From an uncultured Candidatus Saccharibacteria bacterium (GTDB lineage: Bacteria > Patescibacteriota > Saccharimonadia > Saccharimonadales > Saccharimonadaceae): DNA of 64,000 nucleotides. The translations under genes and the position numbers were made by a program. Shown here one piece after another: positions 1 to 9,417 of this stretch (the first letter of the stretch is position 1; every line of letters begins with the position of its first letter). Under the pieces are notes generated by a model. The model made no database searches. It was not told where the DNA came from and was given only the letters and a program-made list of their open reading frames with translations. Location of the stretch: contig CAMZHH010000001.1 of assembly GCA_947306745.1 (NCBI GenBank), positions 1,000-64,999 of the forward strand. The letters run 5' to 3'.

Positions 1-2
1 CT

Positions 3-218
3 GCTGATCCATATTATCAAGGTATCCTTGACGCTACCGAAGAAGAACTCGTTTCCATCGATTACCGTGGCAACTCCCACTCTTCGATTGTCGACCTTAA
101 GCTTACTGATGTTATTGGTGGCACCCTCATCAAGGTTGTTGCTTGGTATGATAACGAATGGGGCTACAGCAACCGCCTCGTCGAATTAACTGCCGATCTC
201 GGCAAGATGGGCCAATAA
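3..218 (+). CDS. gap: glyceraldehyde-3-phosphate dehydrogenase, C-terminal fragment (5' end outside window)
   Basis: Frame-3 translation reads ...SSIVDLKLTDVIGGTLIKVVAWYDNEWGYSNRLVELTADLGKMGQ*. WYDNEWGYS is the conserved GAPDH C-terminal signature. Stop TAA at 216-218. Confidence 0.85.
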   Translation, partial: ADPYYQGILDATEEELVSIDYRGNSHSSIVDLKLTDVIGGTLIKVVAWYDNEWGYSNRLVELTADLGKMGQ

Positions 219-222
219 TAAT

Positions 223-663
223 ATGCATGTCTACCTCGGCGCCGATCATCGCGGCTTTCAACTTAAAGATGAAATTTTAGCTTGGCTTCAGGGCCGCCAA
301 ATTCAATTTACTGATTTTGGTGCTCATGAATACGACGCCGAGGATGACTTTAATGACTATGCCAAAAAAGTCGCCGTCGCTATGACTTCTAATACCGACC
401 CAGACGATTTTGGCATCCTACTTTGCGGTTCTGGACAAGGTATGGCCATGCAAGCCAACCGTTTCAAAGGCATTCGCGCCGCCATCTGCTCTTCTGCTAT
501 GGAAGCCATGGAGGCTCGTATGCACAATAATGCTAATATTCTCTGCCTTTCCGCCGACGAAAATTCCCATAATTACATTGAAATCATCAATGCATTCATG
601 GACACTAAACCACTTCCAGACGAAAAATATCAACGCCGCTGCGCAAAATTAGACGAGATATAA
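223..663 (+). CDS. rpiB: ribose-5-phosphate isomerase B (RpiB/LacA/LacB family)
   Basis: 146 aa. N-terminal GADHRGFQLKDEI and the central LLCGSGQGMAMQANRFKGIRAA match the RpiB signature. Confidence 0.85.
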   Translation: MHVYLGADHRGFQLKDEILAWLQGRQIQFTDFGAHEYDAEDDFNDYAKKVAVAMTSNTDPDDFGILLCGSGQGMAMQANRFKGIRAAICSSAMEAMEARMHNNANILCLSADENSHNYIEIINAFMDTKPLPDEKYQRRCAKLDEI

Positions 664-664
664 T

Positions 665-1315
665 ATGCCAATTACAACAGTTGCACCAAGTATTCTCACC
701 AATAGTCCAACACAATATAAAGAAATTATTAAGAAATATTATCCTTTTGTGCGCCGTGCACATATTGATATTTCCGACGGCACACTCTCTTCGAGTGTCA
801 CGATTAACGAGACCGCCGTTTGGTGGCCAAAAGGCTGGAGTGTCGACATTCACATGATGACTGCACAGCCTTCCGTTCACGTTGAGAATCTTATTAAATT
901 ACACCCAAATCTCGTCATTCTGCACGCCGAAGCACGCGAAGATCTTTTGCCAATTTTTGACACGCTCAAGAAAAACGGCATGCGCGTAGGTGTTGCAATG
1001 GTTAAAAACGTCTATCCAGGCTCTATTAAGCCGATTCTCGCCGCAGCTGATCATGCTATGATTTTCTCCGGTAAGCTAGGCGAGTATGGTGGCGAAGCTG
1101 ATTTACTCCTCGCCGAAAAAGCAGAACTTATTAACGATCTTCATCATGGTATCGAAATCGGTTGGGACGGCGGCGCCAATCTCGAAAACATCCGCACGCT
1201 ATCCTTAGCCGGTATTCAAGTCATCAACGTCGGCAGCGCAATTGCTAAAGCCGATGACCCGGCAGATATGTTCGCCAAATTAAATGCCGAAACTGAGAAG
1301 GAGGAACCACTATAA
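665..1315 (+). CDS. ribulose-phosphate 3-epimerase-like TIM-barrel protein (divergent)
   Basis: 216 aa. APSILT...HIDISDG resembles the Rpe PSIL...H(V/I)D(V/I)MDG motifs. It is tightly packed between rpiB and a sugar kinase. The sequence is divergent, so the assignment is tentative. Confidence 0.55.
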   Translation: MPITTVAPSILTNSPTQYKEIIKKYYPFVRRAHIDISDGTLSSSVTINETAVWWPKGWSVDIHMMTAQPSVHVENLIKLHPNLVILHAEAREDLLPIFDTLKKNGMRVGVAMVKNVYPGSIKPILAAADHAMIFSGKLGEYGGEADLLLAEKAELINDLHHGIEIGWDGGANLENIRTLSLAGIQVINVGSAIAKADDPADMFAKLNAETEKEEPL

Positions 1316-2268
1316 TGGCACGCATCGTCTCTATCGGTGCTGCTCTTCAGGATGTTTATTTGATCGATCACGACGATTTCGGTACAAATAAACGTGGTTT
1401 CTTTAACCAACTCGAGCTCGGCACTAAAGTTGATATCGACAAAATTCAGTTTAGCACTGGCGGTGGCGCTACAAATGCTGCTACTACTTTTGCGCGCAAT
1501 GGTCATGAATCTATTTTTATGGGTTGCATTGCCGACGATACGGCCGGTACTGCTATCATTAATTCCCTCGACGACGAAGGTATCGATAGTAGCTACGTTA
1601 CATACGTTAATAATATTCATACTGGCTATTCAGTCCTTCTGCTCGCACCAAACGGTGAACGCACTATTCTCACCTGTCGAGGCGCATCAGCCAAGTTTGA
1701 CTCCTTGAATCCTGATGATTTAGATAACATTTATCCAGATTGGCTTTACGTCACCACTTTCCGTGGCAATATGGATATGCTCGATCAATTCTTCACCAAA
1801 GCTAAATCTCTTGGCGCCAAGATCATGTTTAATCCAGGCAATCTCGAGCTTGCGCATCAACGCAAATTACTCGGCTTACTTTCCGATGTCGATGTCTTGC
1901 TTGTCAATAAATCTGAAGCGAAAAAGATTGTTCAGGGCACTTCCCTACATGAATTAATTCTTCGCATCAAGAATTACGTCCCGGCAGCTATTATTACTGA
2001 CGGCAACCAAGGCGCCATCGCCAATGATGGCACCGAGGTCTATCGCCTAGGCCTCTACGAAGACGTGCCAATTAAAGATGCAACAGGCGCAGGCGACGCA
2101 TTCGGTTCGGGCTTCCTCGCGGCTTATGCTGGTGGCAAATCATTCAAAGATTCACTCATTTTTGCATCAGCCAATTCTACATCCGTCGTACGTAAAATTG
2201 GTTCCAAAGCTGGAATTATTAGCCAAAATACAAAATTACACACAATGCCAATACAGGAGATAAGATAA
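1315..2268 (+). CDS. PfkB-family carbohydrate kinase (ribokinase-like)
   Basis: 317 aa. It has the GGGATNAA di-glycine motif and the C-terminal DATGAGDAFGSGFL PfkB signature. Its ATG overlaps the upstream stop (TAATG). Confidence 0.8.
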   Translation: MARIVSIGAALQDVYLIDHDDFGTNKRGFFNQLELGTKVDIDKIQFSTGGGATNAATTFARNGHESIFMGCIADDTAGTAIINSLDDEGIDSSYVTYVNNIHTGYSVLLLAPNGERTILTCRGASAKFDSLNPDDLDNIYPDWLYVTTFRGNMDMLDQFFTKAKSLGAKIMFNPGNLELAHQRKLLGLLSDVDVLLVNKSEAKKIVQGTSLHELILRIKNYVPAAIITDGNQGAIANDGTEVYRLGLYEDVPIKDATGAGDAFGSGFLAAYAGGKSFKDSLIFASANSTSVVRKIGSKAGIISQNTKLHTMPIQEIR

Positions 2269-2991
2269 ATGGATGAAGCAATTACTAAATGGCTTGATCA
2301 AATTGCTGAAAATAAATTAAACCCAGAAGATGTTGAACGTTCTTTGCGCTATGCCAAAGACCTCGAGCAAGGTCTCGCCAAGATTCGCACCTATTCTCAA
2401 GGTGTATCCATCTTCGGCTCCGCACGCTTGCCGATGAATGGCAAATGGTGTAAACTTGCCGAACAGCTCGGTTATAAGCTCGCACAAAATGGTCACCCAG
2501 TCATTACCGGCGGCGGCCCAAGCATCATGGAAGCTGCCAATAAAGGCGCTTACGAAGCAGGCGGTCGTAGCATTGGCCTAAATATCCAACTTGCCCACGA
2601 GCAACATATCAATCAATATGTTACCGACGAGATGGAGTTCCATTACTTCTTTGCTCGCAAAGTTATGCTAACGATGAGCTCTAAAGTATACGTCTTCTTC
2701 CCTGGTGGCTTTGGTACGCTTGATGAATTTTCCGAAATCCTCATCCTCATGCAAGAAAACAAAATGCCAAAGATGCCAATGTTCTTAATTGGTAAAAGCT
2801 ATTGGAAACCGCTCGATCGCTTCTTTGCAAGCAAAATGCAACGTGCTGGTACAATTAACGCCGCCGACCGCAAGATTTATCGCATCACTGACAATATTGA
2901 CGAAGTCGTTGAAGCTGCGAACAAAATTGGTCACCGCAGCATTTACGACAATCTCTACAACGACAAGAAAAGTAATTTCAAACTAATCTAG
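2269..2991 (+). CDS. LOG-family / TIGR00730-type Rossmann protein (nucleotide 5'-monophosphate nucleosidase-like)
   Basis: 240 aa with the GGGPSIMEAANKGA and PGGFGTLDEFSE motifs typical of the LOG (lysine-decarboxylase-like) family. Confidence 0.8.
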   Translation: MDEAITKWLDQIAENKLNPEDVERSLRYAKDLEQGLAKIRTYSQGVSIFGSARLPMNGKWCKLAEQLGYKLAQNGHPVITGGGPSIMEAANKGAYEAGGRSIGLNIQLAHEQHINQYVTDEMEFHYFFARKVMLTMSSKVYVFFPGGFGTLDEFSEILILMQENKMPKMPMFLIGKSYWKPLDRFFASKMQRAGTINAADRKIYRITDNIDEVVEAANKIGHRSIYDNLYNDKKSNFKLI

Positions 2992-2996
2992 TTCAT

Positions 2997-3027
2997 CAAA
3001 AAATCCCCCTCGCAGGGGGATTTTTTT
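2997..3027. terminator. bidirectional intrinsic terminator between convergent LOG gene and dnaE
   Basis: An A-tract, the hairpin tccccc-tcgca-ggggga, then T7. It can be read on either strand. Confidence 0.75.
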
Positions 3028-6000
3028 ATTTCACTACTACACCTTCAGCACCGAACACGCCGACTAATTCGTCTACTAGAGCCTTACCTGGCTCACAACG
3101 GAACGGCATACGCATAGCCTTCTTCTCTTCACCGATTACCAGAATCACTTCCGAAAGACCCGGATATACTGAGCAACTCTGTTTTAGACTGATTAGAGCA
3201 TCCTTATTTGATGGATCCATTACCCGAATAAATAATTTCTTCGGTTTAATTGGCGCTGCATTAACGTCGCTTTCGGTCGTTCTAAAATGTGTAGCTGGTT
3301 TTTCGCCGCCACCTCGACGGAATCCACCACCGCCGCCACCGCCATTACTCGAGACACCGGTTGCCATTGCTTTACCGCGCGGTTTTTGCGATACGCCCTT
3401 CGTTGGCGTCTTTAGCTTAGCTCCCGTCGATTGGTAGTTCTCTAATTCTTCATCAGTAATAATATCAATCTCTTCGGCGTTAATCTTCGCTTCGTCAGTC
3501 TTATTACCATCACGGTCGGAGGCATTTACTCTACCGGTTACCTTCACAACCGCATCTTGGACCAACTTCGCGCCAACTTGCTCGTAAGTCTTCGGAAATA
3601 CAATCACCTCAATCTCGGTTACCTTATCCTCAATCTTCACGAAAGCCATCTTCGAGCCGCTCTTCGTTACAAGCGAGCGAACGTTCGTGATAATACCGCC
3701 TACAATCACACTAGCGCCATCAATTTTTGGCGTGATTTCAGCAATTGGCATCGTTTGTTCTTCGAAGTAAGTGTCATATTTATCCAGTGGGTGCGCCGAG
3801 ATATAAAGACCCATCAATTCGCGCTCCCACATCAACTGCTCTTTATCGGAGTACTTCGTTGGCGCAGGTTGAATTTCAACTTCTGGCACCTCGGCAGCAG
3901 CACCCATCGCGCCAAACAAATCTGTCTGACCATTCGCGGCATCCTTTTGCATCTTGTTGCCATAAGCCTGAATCTTTTCCAAGTTGAACAATAAATCTGA
4001 ACGATCGCCAAACCTATCAAAACAACCAGTCTTGATTGCTGATTCCCAACTCTTCTTGTTGAACTTTTGTCCCGAAACGCGTTTTGCGAAATCGCAAATT
4101 GACAAGAACTTACCATTCTTATCGCGCTCTTCAATAACTTCCTCAGCAAGCGCCTTGCCCATACCCTTAATCGCCGCGATACCGAAGCGAATCGTCTTCG
4201 ACTTACCTACCGTAGCGAAGTCGGCATAAGATTCGTTAATATCTGGACCAAGCACCTGAATGCCCATACGCTTACATTCCGTCATCTCAATTGCGAGACG
4301 ATCCGTCCAACGCATATCTGCCGTCATCAAAGCCGCCATAAAGGCTTCAGGATAGTAAGTCTTAAGATAAGCCGTCCAGTAAGCGACCAAAGCATAACAT
4401 GCCGCGTGACTCTTGTTGAAACAGTAGTTCGCGAAGTCGAGCAACTGGCTCCAGAACGTTTCCGCAATTTCTGCCGTTGCGCCACCAACCTTTACTGCAC
4501 CCTCAATGAAGAGCGGCTTCATCTTGTTCATGAGGTCGACTTTCTTCTTACCTACCGCCTTACGTAAGGTATCTGCCTGACCGCCCGTAAAGCCACACCA
4601 TTCCTTCGACGCCTGCATGAACTGCTCCTGGTAAATCAAAATACCGTAGGTGCTCTTCAAAGAGTTTTCCAGACCAGGGTGTAAATAAGTAATTGGTTCT
4701 TCACCGTGTTTACGTTTAATGAAGCTCTCGATGAACTGCATTGGACCCGGACGATAGAGCGCGTTCATAGCGATCAAATCGTCAAAATGCGTCGGTTGCA
4801 ACTCGCGCAAATACCGCTTCATACCCGCAGATTCAAACTGGAATACGCCCGTCGTATCGCCTCTACGGAATAAGTCATAAACATTATCGTCATCGAGCGG
4901 AATATCGCTCATCACGATTTGTTTGCCGTGGACTTTCTTAATAATACGCAACGCTTGCTGAATCACTGAAAGATTCGAAAGACCCAAGAAGTCCATCTTA
5001 AGCAAGCCGAGCTCCTCTACCTGTGGACCAGGATACTGCGTTGCCAGTGGACCTTTGGCTGAAACTTCTAGCGGCATGAATTTTACTAAATCATCTGGCG
5101 CAATCACCACGCCACAAGCGTGCACGCCGTGTGAACGAATCGTGCCCTCTAGACGCATCGCGAGGTCAATCACCTCTTTCGCGGTCGGATTCGTCTCGTA
5201 TTCATGTTTCAAATCCGGCTCATTTACAATCGCATCTTTCAATTTCACATGGTGCCCCATCACTGGATCTGGCACCAACTTCGCAATACGGTCAGCTTCC
5301 GCAAACGGCACATCCAACACACGCGCCACATCGCGCACGGCGTTCTTTGCCATCATCTTACCGAAGGTCACAATGTTACTCACGCGACCTTTACCGTATT
5401 TTCGCGTACAATATTCAATCACCTCATCGCGACGGTTATCCTGGATATCGGTATCGATATCTGGCATCGAAATACGGTCTGGATTCAAGAAACGCTCAAA
5501 GAGCAAATCGTATTCCAGCGGGTTCAAATCCGTAATGTGAATTGCGTAAGCCAACAACGAACCAGCCGCCGAACCACGCCCCGGACCATAAATAATTCCC
5601 TGACTTTTACCCCAGTTAATGAAGTCTTGCACGATTAAGAAGTAACCGTTATAGCCCATATGATCAACTGTCGCTAGCTCATAATCGATACGATCCAAAA
5701 TTTCTTTCGAAAGCAATGGGCGAATCTCTTCTACGGTCTTTTTCTGCGCTTCCTCTTTCGATAGATAGCCAAAGCGCTCCGCTAAACCTCGGAACACCAT
5801 ATTATCCAAATATTGTTTTTCCGTCTCGCCAGTATCAATCGGGAATTTCGGAATCAAAATCCTACCCAACTCAATCTTCACATTACAACGGTCCGCAATC
5901 ACCTTTGTATTGCGAATCGCCTCCGGACAAGTCTTCTCCCAACGTGGAATTAATTCTTCTGGCGGAATCACATTCAACTGGAAATCCTTCAAAGTCATGC

Positions 6001-6745
6001 GGTTTGTATCAGTAATACGACTTCCGGTACCCACGCAAAGCAATACCTCATGCGCATCCTGGTCCTCATGCCTCAAATAATGACCATCACATGTCACTAC
6101 TAACGGCAAACCAGTCTCTTTCGAGAATTCCATTAAAGCATTATTAATCTTCGTCTGCTCCGACCAGTGTGTTGGCGAATCTGGATGACCATGATCCTGC
6201 ATCTCAAGATAGAAACGATCCTTATAAACGCTAGCGTACCAATCAATTAATTCACGAGCTTTCTTTAGATCGTCATTACGAATCGCCATGGAAATTTCCG
6301 AACCAGCACAACCCGAGCAACAAATAATGCCTTCGTTATACTCTTCCATAATGCGATGGTCGATACGCGGTTTATAATACTTGCCATCCGTCTCGGCGAT
6401 TGTCATCAAACGGCAAAGATTCTCAAAGCCTTTTTCGTTCATCGCAAGTAAAGTAATGTGGAAGCGCTCCTTGTCATAAGCTGGATCACGATCTTCCAAA
6501 CGACGTGCCGCCACATAAGCTTCCAAGCCTAAAATCGGTTTAATTCCCGCATCCGTAGCAGTCTTATAGAGGTCAATCAAACCAGACATCGTGCCGTGGT
6601 CGGTTACCGCCACTGCTTCCATGCCTTTTTCTTTTACAAAACTAACCAACTCATCAACTTTCGTCAGACCGTCCAGCAAAGAATAATGCGTATGATTATG
6701 CAGATGCACAAAATCACTTGGTTTTAGATGTTCCTCCGTACTCAT
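3026..6745 (-). CDS. dnaE: DNA polymerase III alpha subunit with unusual Gly-run and C-terminal extension
   Basis: 1239 aa. It has an N-terminal PHP domain (FVHLHNHTHYSLLDG), a polymerase core and an OB fold. A TAAAAT box lies just upstream of the ATG, suggesting a leaderless transcript. Confidence 0.95.
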   Translation of the reverse strand: MSTEEHLKPSDFVHLHNHTHYSLLDGLTKVDELVSFVKEKGMEAVAVTDHGTMSGLIDLYKTATDAGIKPILGLEAYVAARRLEDRDPAYDKERFHITLLAMNEKGFENLCRLMTIAETDGKYYKPRIDHRIMEEYNEGIICCSGCAGSEISMAIRNDDLKKARELIDWYASVYKDRFYLEMQDHGHPDSPTHWSEQTKINNALMEFSKETGLPLVVTCDGHYLRHEDQDAHEVLLCVGTGSRITDTNRMTLKDFQLNVIPPEELIPRWEKTCPEAIRNTKVIADRCNVKIELGRILIPKFPIDTGETEKQYLDNMVFRGLAERFGYLSKEEAQKKTVEEIRPLLSKEILDRIDYELATVDHMGYNGYFLIVQDFINWGKSQGIIYGPGRGSAAGSLLAYAIHITDLNPLEYDLLFERFLNPDRISMPDIDTDIQDNRRDEVIEYCTRKYGKGRVSNIVTFGKMMAKNAVRDVARVLDVPFAEADRIAKLVPDPVMGHHVKLKDAIVNEPDLKHEYETNPTAKEVIDLAMRLEGTIRSHGVHACGVVIAPDDLVKFMPLEVSAKGPLATQYPGPQVEELGLLKMDFLGLSNLSVIQQALRIIKKVHGKQIVMSDIPLDDDNVYDLFRRGDTTGVFQFESAGMKRYLRELQPTHFDDLIAMNALYRPGPMQFIESFIKRKHGEEPITYLHPGLENSLKSTYGILIYQEQFMQASKEWCGFTGGQADTLRKAVGKKKVDLMNKMKPLFIEGAVKVGGATAEIAETFWSQLLDFANYCFNKSHAACYALVAYWTAYLKTYYPEAFMAALMTADMRWTDRLAIEMTECKRMGIQVLGPDINESYADFATVGKSKTIRFGIAAIKGMGKALAEEVIEERDKNGKFLSICDFAKRVSGQKFNKKSWESAIKTGCFDRFGDRSDLLFNLEKIQAYGNKMQKDAANGQTDLFGAMGAAAEVPEVEIQPAPTKYSDKEQLMWERELMGLYISAHPLDKYDTYFEEQTMPIAEITPKIDGASVIVGGIITNVRSLVTKSGSKMAFVKIEDKVTEIEVIVFPKTYEQVGAKLVQDAVVKVTGRVNASDRDGNKTDEAKINAEEIDIITDEELENYQSTGAKLKTPTKGVSQKPRGKAMATGVSSNGGGGGGGFRRGGGEKPATHFRTTESDVNAAPIKPKKLFIRVMDPSNKDALISLKQSCSVYPGLSEVILVIGEEKKAMRMPFRCEPGKALVDELVGVFGAEGVVVK

Positions 6746-6833
6746 ATAAATATTTTATCACGCCACCCCGCTGACGATATGGCTATTTTTCGTTATTCTC
6801 ATCTTTAAACAACCCCGCTTTCTCGCCGCCATC

Positions 6834-6862
6834 TTGACAAAACGTAAGCTTTTTGATATAAT
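6834..6862 (+). promoter_or_regulatory. consensus sigma-70-type promoter (TTGACA-17-TATAAT)
   Basis: TTGACA at 6834-6839, an exact 17-nt spacer, and TATAAT at 6857-6862. This is followed by a ~45 nt leader, a GGAG RBS and the ATG at 6915. Confidence 0.75.
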
Positions 6863-6914
6863 TACAACATTGGGTATCGTTACATAACTAAAAACAAAAA
6901 AACGGAGAAAAAAC

Positions 6915-7163
6915 ATGAATCCAGAAAAACCAAGCAACGATAACAGCCCCAGCGAACCAAGCCCTTGGGATATTTTAGTCCCAGAGACTCCAGAAGCTCC
7001 ACCAGAACCTGAACCAATGCCAGAACCAGAACCGGAACCAGAACCTGAACCAATACCAGAACTGGAACCAGAACCTGAACCAATGCCAGAGCCGGAGCCG
7101 GAGCCGGAATGGTTAGAGCCTAAAAATTCAATGCCAGAAACAGAGCTATCGCGCGAGCCGTAA
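6915..7163 (+). CDS. small highly acidic Pro-Glu repeat protein (hypothetical)
   Basis: 82 aa with (PE)n tracts encoded by in-frame CCA-GAA hexamer repeats. It has a perfect promoter, a GGAG RBS and a downstream terminator. No signal peptide or TM segment is visible. Confidence 0.6.
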   Translation: MNPEKPSNDNSPSEPSPWDILVPETPEAPPEPEPMPEPEPEPEPEPIPELEPEPEPMPEPEPEPEWLEPKNSMPETELSREP

Positions 7164-7241
7164 CTAATGCCAGATTAGTTTCGAGCGATTTCACTCAACC
7201 AGAAAACGATAATTAAATCGTCCATCATATTAAGTCATATT

Positions 7242-7270
7242 AAAGATACCCCCCGTCGGGGTATCTTTTA
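7242..7270. terminator. bidirectional intrinsic terminator
   Basis: Hairpin gatacccc-ccgtc-ggggtatc flanked by an A-run and a T-run, between the convergent PE-repeat gene and the tlyA-like gene. Confidence 0.7.
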
Positions 7271-7819
7271 TTTTCCAAGTTTCAAATAATAAAACCGCTC
7301 TACATTACCAAAGCGTCCAGCTAGTTCATTATCTCTCTTCCCCAGCACGACAAACTTATTGCGTCGCAGCCAATTTTCAAAATCTGCAATAATCTCACGA
7401 CGCATCTTATTATTTTTCACTACGCCATTTACTAATTGATCTGGTCGCGCTTCAAATTGCGGCTTTAACATTACGAGAAAATCCGTCTTACGTGTCGCAA
7501 ATACCTTTCCCGCATAAGCCAACACGTCGCGCAAACTAATGAAACTCACATCCGCCAAAATCACATCTGGCTTAACACCGGAAAACTCAAAAATATCCGT
7601 CTTCTCGTGAAGCTCAATCCGCGGATCGAAGCGTAAAGGCGCCTTCATTTGATTCGTACCCTTTTCTACCGCAATCACCTTCGTAGCGCCAGCGCGTAAA
7701 GCCATCTCCGTAAAACCGCCTGTCGATGAGCCGATATCGAGCACGGTTTTGTCACGCAAATCCACCCGAAACGCTCTTAAAGCGCCTTCCAATTTATACT
7801 CAGCACGTCCTACTACCAT
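7268..7819 (-). CDS. TlyA-family rRNA 2'-O-methyltransferase-like protein lacking the S4 domain
   Basis: 183 aa. LDIGSSTGGFTEMALRAGATKVIAVE is the FtsJ/TlyA SAM-binding motif. The protein begins where the TlyA methyltransferase domain begins, so no N-terminal S4 domain is encoded. Confidence 0.7.
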   Translation of the reverse strand: MVVGRAEYKLEGALRAFRVDLRDKTVLDIGSSTGGFTEMALRAGATKVIAVEKGTNQMKAPLRFDPRIELHEKTDIFEFSGVKPDVILADVSFISLRDVLAYAGKVFATRKTDFLVMLKPQFEARPDQLVNGVVKNNKMRREIIADFENWLRRNKFVVLGKRDNELAGRFGNVERFYYLKLGK

Positions 7820-8743
7820 TTATTTCATTATAGCAAGCAACGGTTTCCGCGACTTGCGCACTTCCACCAGTTCTACGCCATCAATCTTCTTATATTCGCC
7901 TTCGGCTTGAAACATAATCTTAGCCGGTTTCTTAAACACTAACTGGTCGTATTCGCTTTCCGTTCCTGGTACGCGATGGAAAATACTCTTAAACATCATG
8001 CCGCATAGGCGGAAAAACTTCGTCATCAAACCGTTGTAGCTGAGGAAGGTCTCATTCTGCAAGAAGTACTTCCCACCCTTCATCATCTTCGCTACCGTGC
8101 GACCATTCACCGCCATATAATCTGACGTATTCTTAATCTCAAGATACTCTTCCGAAGAGTTGCCCAACACATAATCTGGCATCGCATGTTTTTTGCGCTG
8201 CTTCAGCCACCAACGCGCTAATACGCCAAGACTAAAGAAGGTTCGCTTACGACCACTCTGTAGAGCCTTCCTCGTCTTTGGATGATCAAACACCGCACAA
8301 GCTTCTGCAAACATGCCCAGTGTGAAATAACACATACCATAGCGCCAGTGTTTGCCGTTAATCGATAGTTCGAGTGGCCATACCTCTTGCGCATCCCCTT
8401 TCAGGATATCCTCAAACTTCTGTACGCCAAAAGTGCGCGCCGTGTCATTAAAATTCCCGTAACCAAGCACGCCAATACGTACACCAGTCGCCTTCGAAAG
8501 CATAATTCCATTAATCGCAATGTTTGCCGTACCGTCGCCACCAGCCGCAACCACCAAATCATCATCATTCAAAATCAACGCCAAGCGCTTAGCATTATCA
8601 TCAACGTCAGTATCAGCCACTTCAAACTTCCCCACCATCCAGCCTTCCAACTTTGGAGTTTTACTCAAAATATCACGTTTTACTAATCTGTAATGCGAGC
8701 TGCGCGGATTATAAACAACAATCAAGCGTTTTCGTTTTATCAT
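7820..8743 (-). CDS. diacylglycerol/lipid kinase family protein (YegS/DAGK catalytic domain)
   Basis: 307 aa with the AAGGDGT motif of the DAGK catalytic domain. It abuts the downstream gene with no gap. Confidence 0.7.
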   Translation of the reverse strand: MIKRKRLIVVYNPRSSHYRLVKRDILSKTPKLEGWMVGKFEVADTDVDDNAKRLALILNDDDLVVAAGGDGTANIAINGIMLSKATGVRIGVLGYGNFNDTARTFGVQKFEDILKGDAQEVWPLELSINGKHWRYGMCYFTLGMFAEACAVFDHPKTRKALQSGRKRTFFSLGVLARWWLKQRKKHAMPDYVLGNSSEEYLEIKNTSDYMAVNGRTVAKMMKGGKYFLQNETFLSYNGLMTKFFRLCGMMFKSIFHRVPGTESEYDQLVFKKPAKIMFQAEGEYKKIDGVELVEVRKSRKPLLAIMK

Positions 8744-8747
8744 AGTA

Positions 8748-9416
8748 TCAATCTTTATTCTTCAACAAATCTATTGTGTCATAAAACGCCAAGATGTCAT
8801 CTCTTGACATTTCTAGAACGTCCACTAAGTTCATTTTGGCATAACGTTGCGTCAATTCCTCGCCAAGCTTCACTAGCGCGTCCTTTGCCGTATTCATTTC
8901 ATCATTTTTGCTAATATCAACATCTTTATATTGCGTATAAAACTCCGCAACTTTCGCTTTATAATCACCCAAATCTGTCGCATAGGCCGAAATCGTGCCA
9001 ATTTCCGATTCTTTCATTTTCGCGATATCTTCATCGCTCAATTCACCATCGGTCGCGAGTTTAATTACCTGCTCGGCTTTATATAATTTCTCAACTCGCT
9101 TCCATTCCTCGTCTGTTTTATCGCGCTCAGACCTCATTAAGTCATAATTGCGCGCTTTATTGTAGCTATTGTTCGCTTTGCTATAAGCTTCCTCAAAATC
9201 CGTCCAAACCTTCAACTCTTCATCGGTTAACTTCACATCTTCGGCCTTTGAGTCAATAAATTTCTCAATCGCACTGCGCGTACTAGCCACCTCAGCTAAA
9301 CTCGCCCGACATTCATCATTAGCTCGAATTCGCCCCACCAATAGCATACTGAATACGATTCCCGCCGCAATAAAAGCTGCCCCAACCGTAGACCCCACAA
9401 CAACTGCCTTCTTCAT
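8748..9416 (-). CDS. hypothetical membrane-anchored protein
   Basis: 222 aa. It has an N-terminal TM segment (VVVGSTVGAAFIAAGIVFSMLLVG) followed by a charged helical region. It is in operon packing and ends in TGA. Confidence 0.6.
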   Translation of the reverse strand: MKKAVVVGSTVGAAFIAAGIVFSMLLVGRIRANDECRASLAEVASTRSAIEKFIDSKAEDVKLTDEELKVWTDFEEAYSKANNSYNKARNYDLMRSERDKTDEEWKRVEKLYKAEQVIKLATDGELSDEDIAKMKESEIGTISAYATDLGDYKAKVAEFYTQYKDVDISKNDEMNTAKDALVKLGEELTQRYAKMNLVDVLEMSRDDILAFYDTIDLLKNKD

Positions 9417-9417
9417 C

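Noticed and set aside
3557-6015. Several 80-160-aa plus-strand ORFs (3557-3994, 5055-5540, 5204-5638, 5716-6015 and others).
   Set aside because: All lie antisense to, or out of frame within, the clearly conserved dnaE gene. They have no RBS or promoter and their composition is low-complexity. They are shadow ORFs.
6880-7083. Minus-strand ORF encoding (VL)n, and the possibility that the hexamer repeat at 6990-7110 is a CRISPR or other non-coding array.
   Set aside because: The repeat unit is only 6 nt with no spacers, and it stays in frame with a promoter- and RBS-equipped plus-strand ORF. The minus-strand ORF is just its complement.
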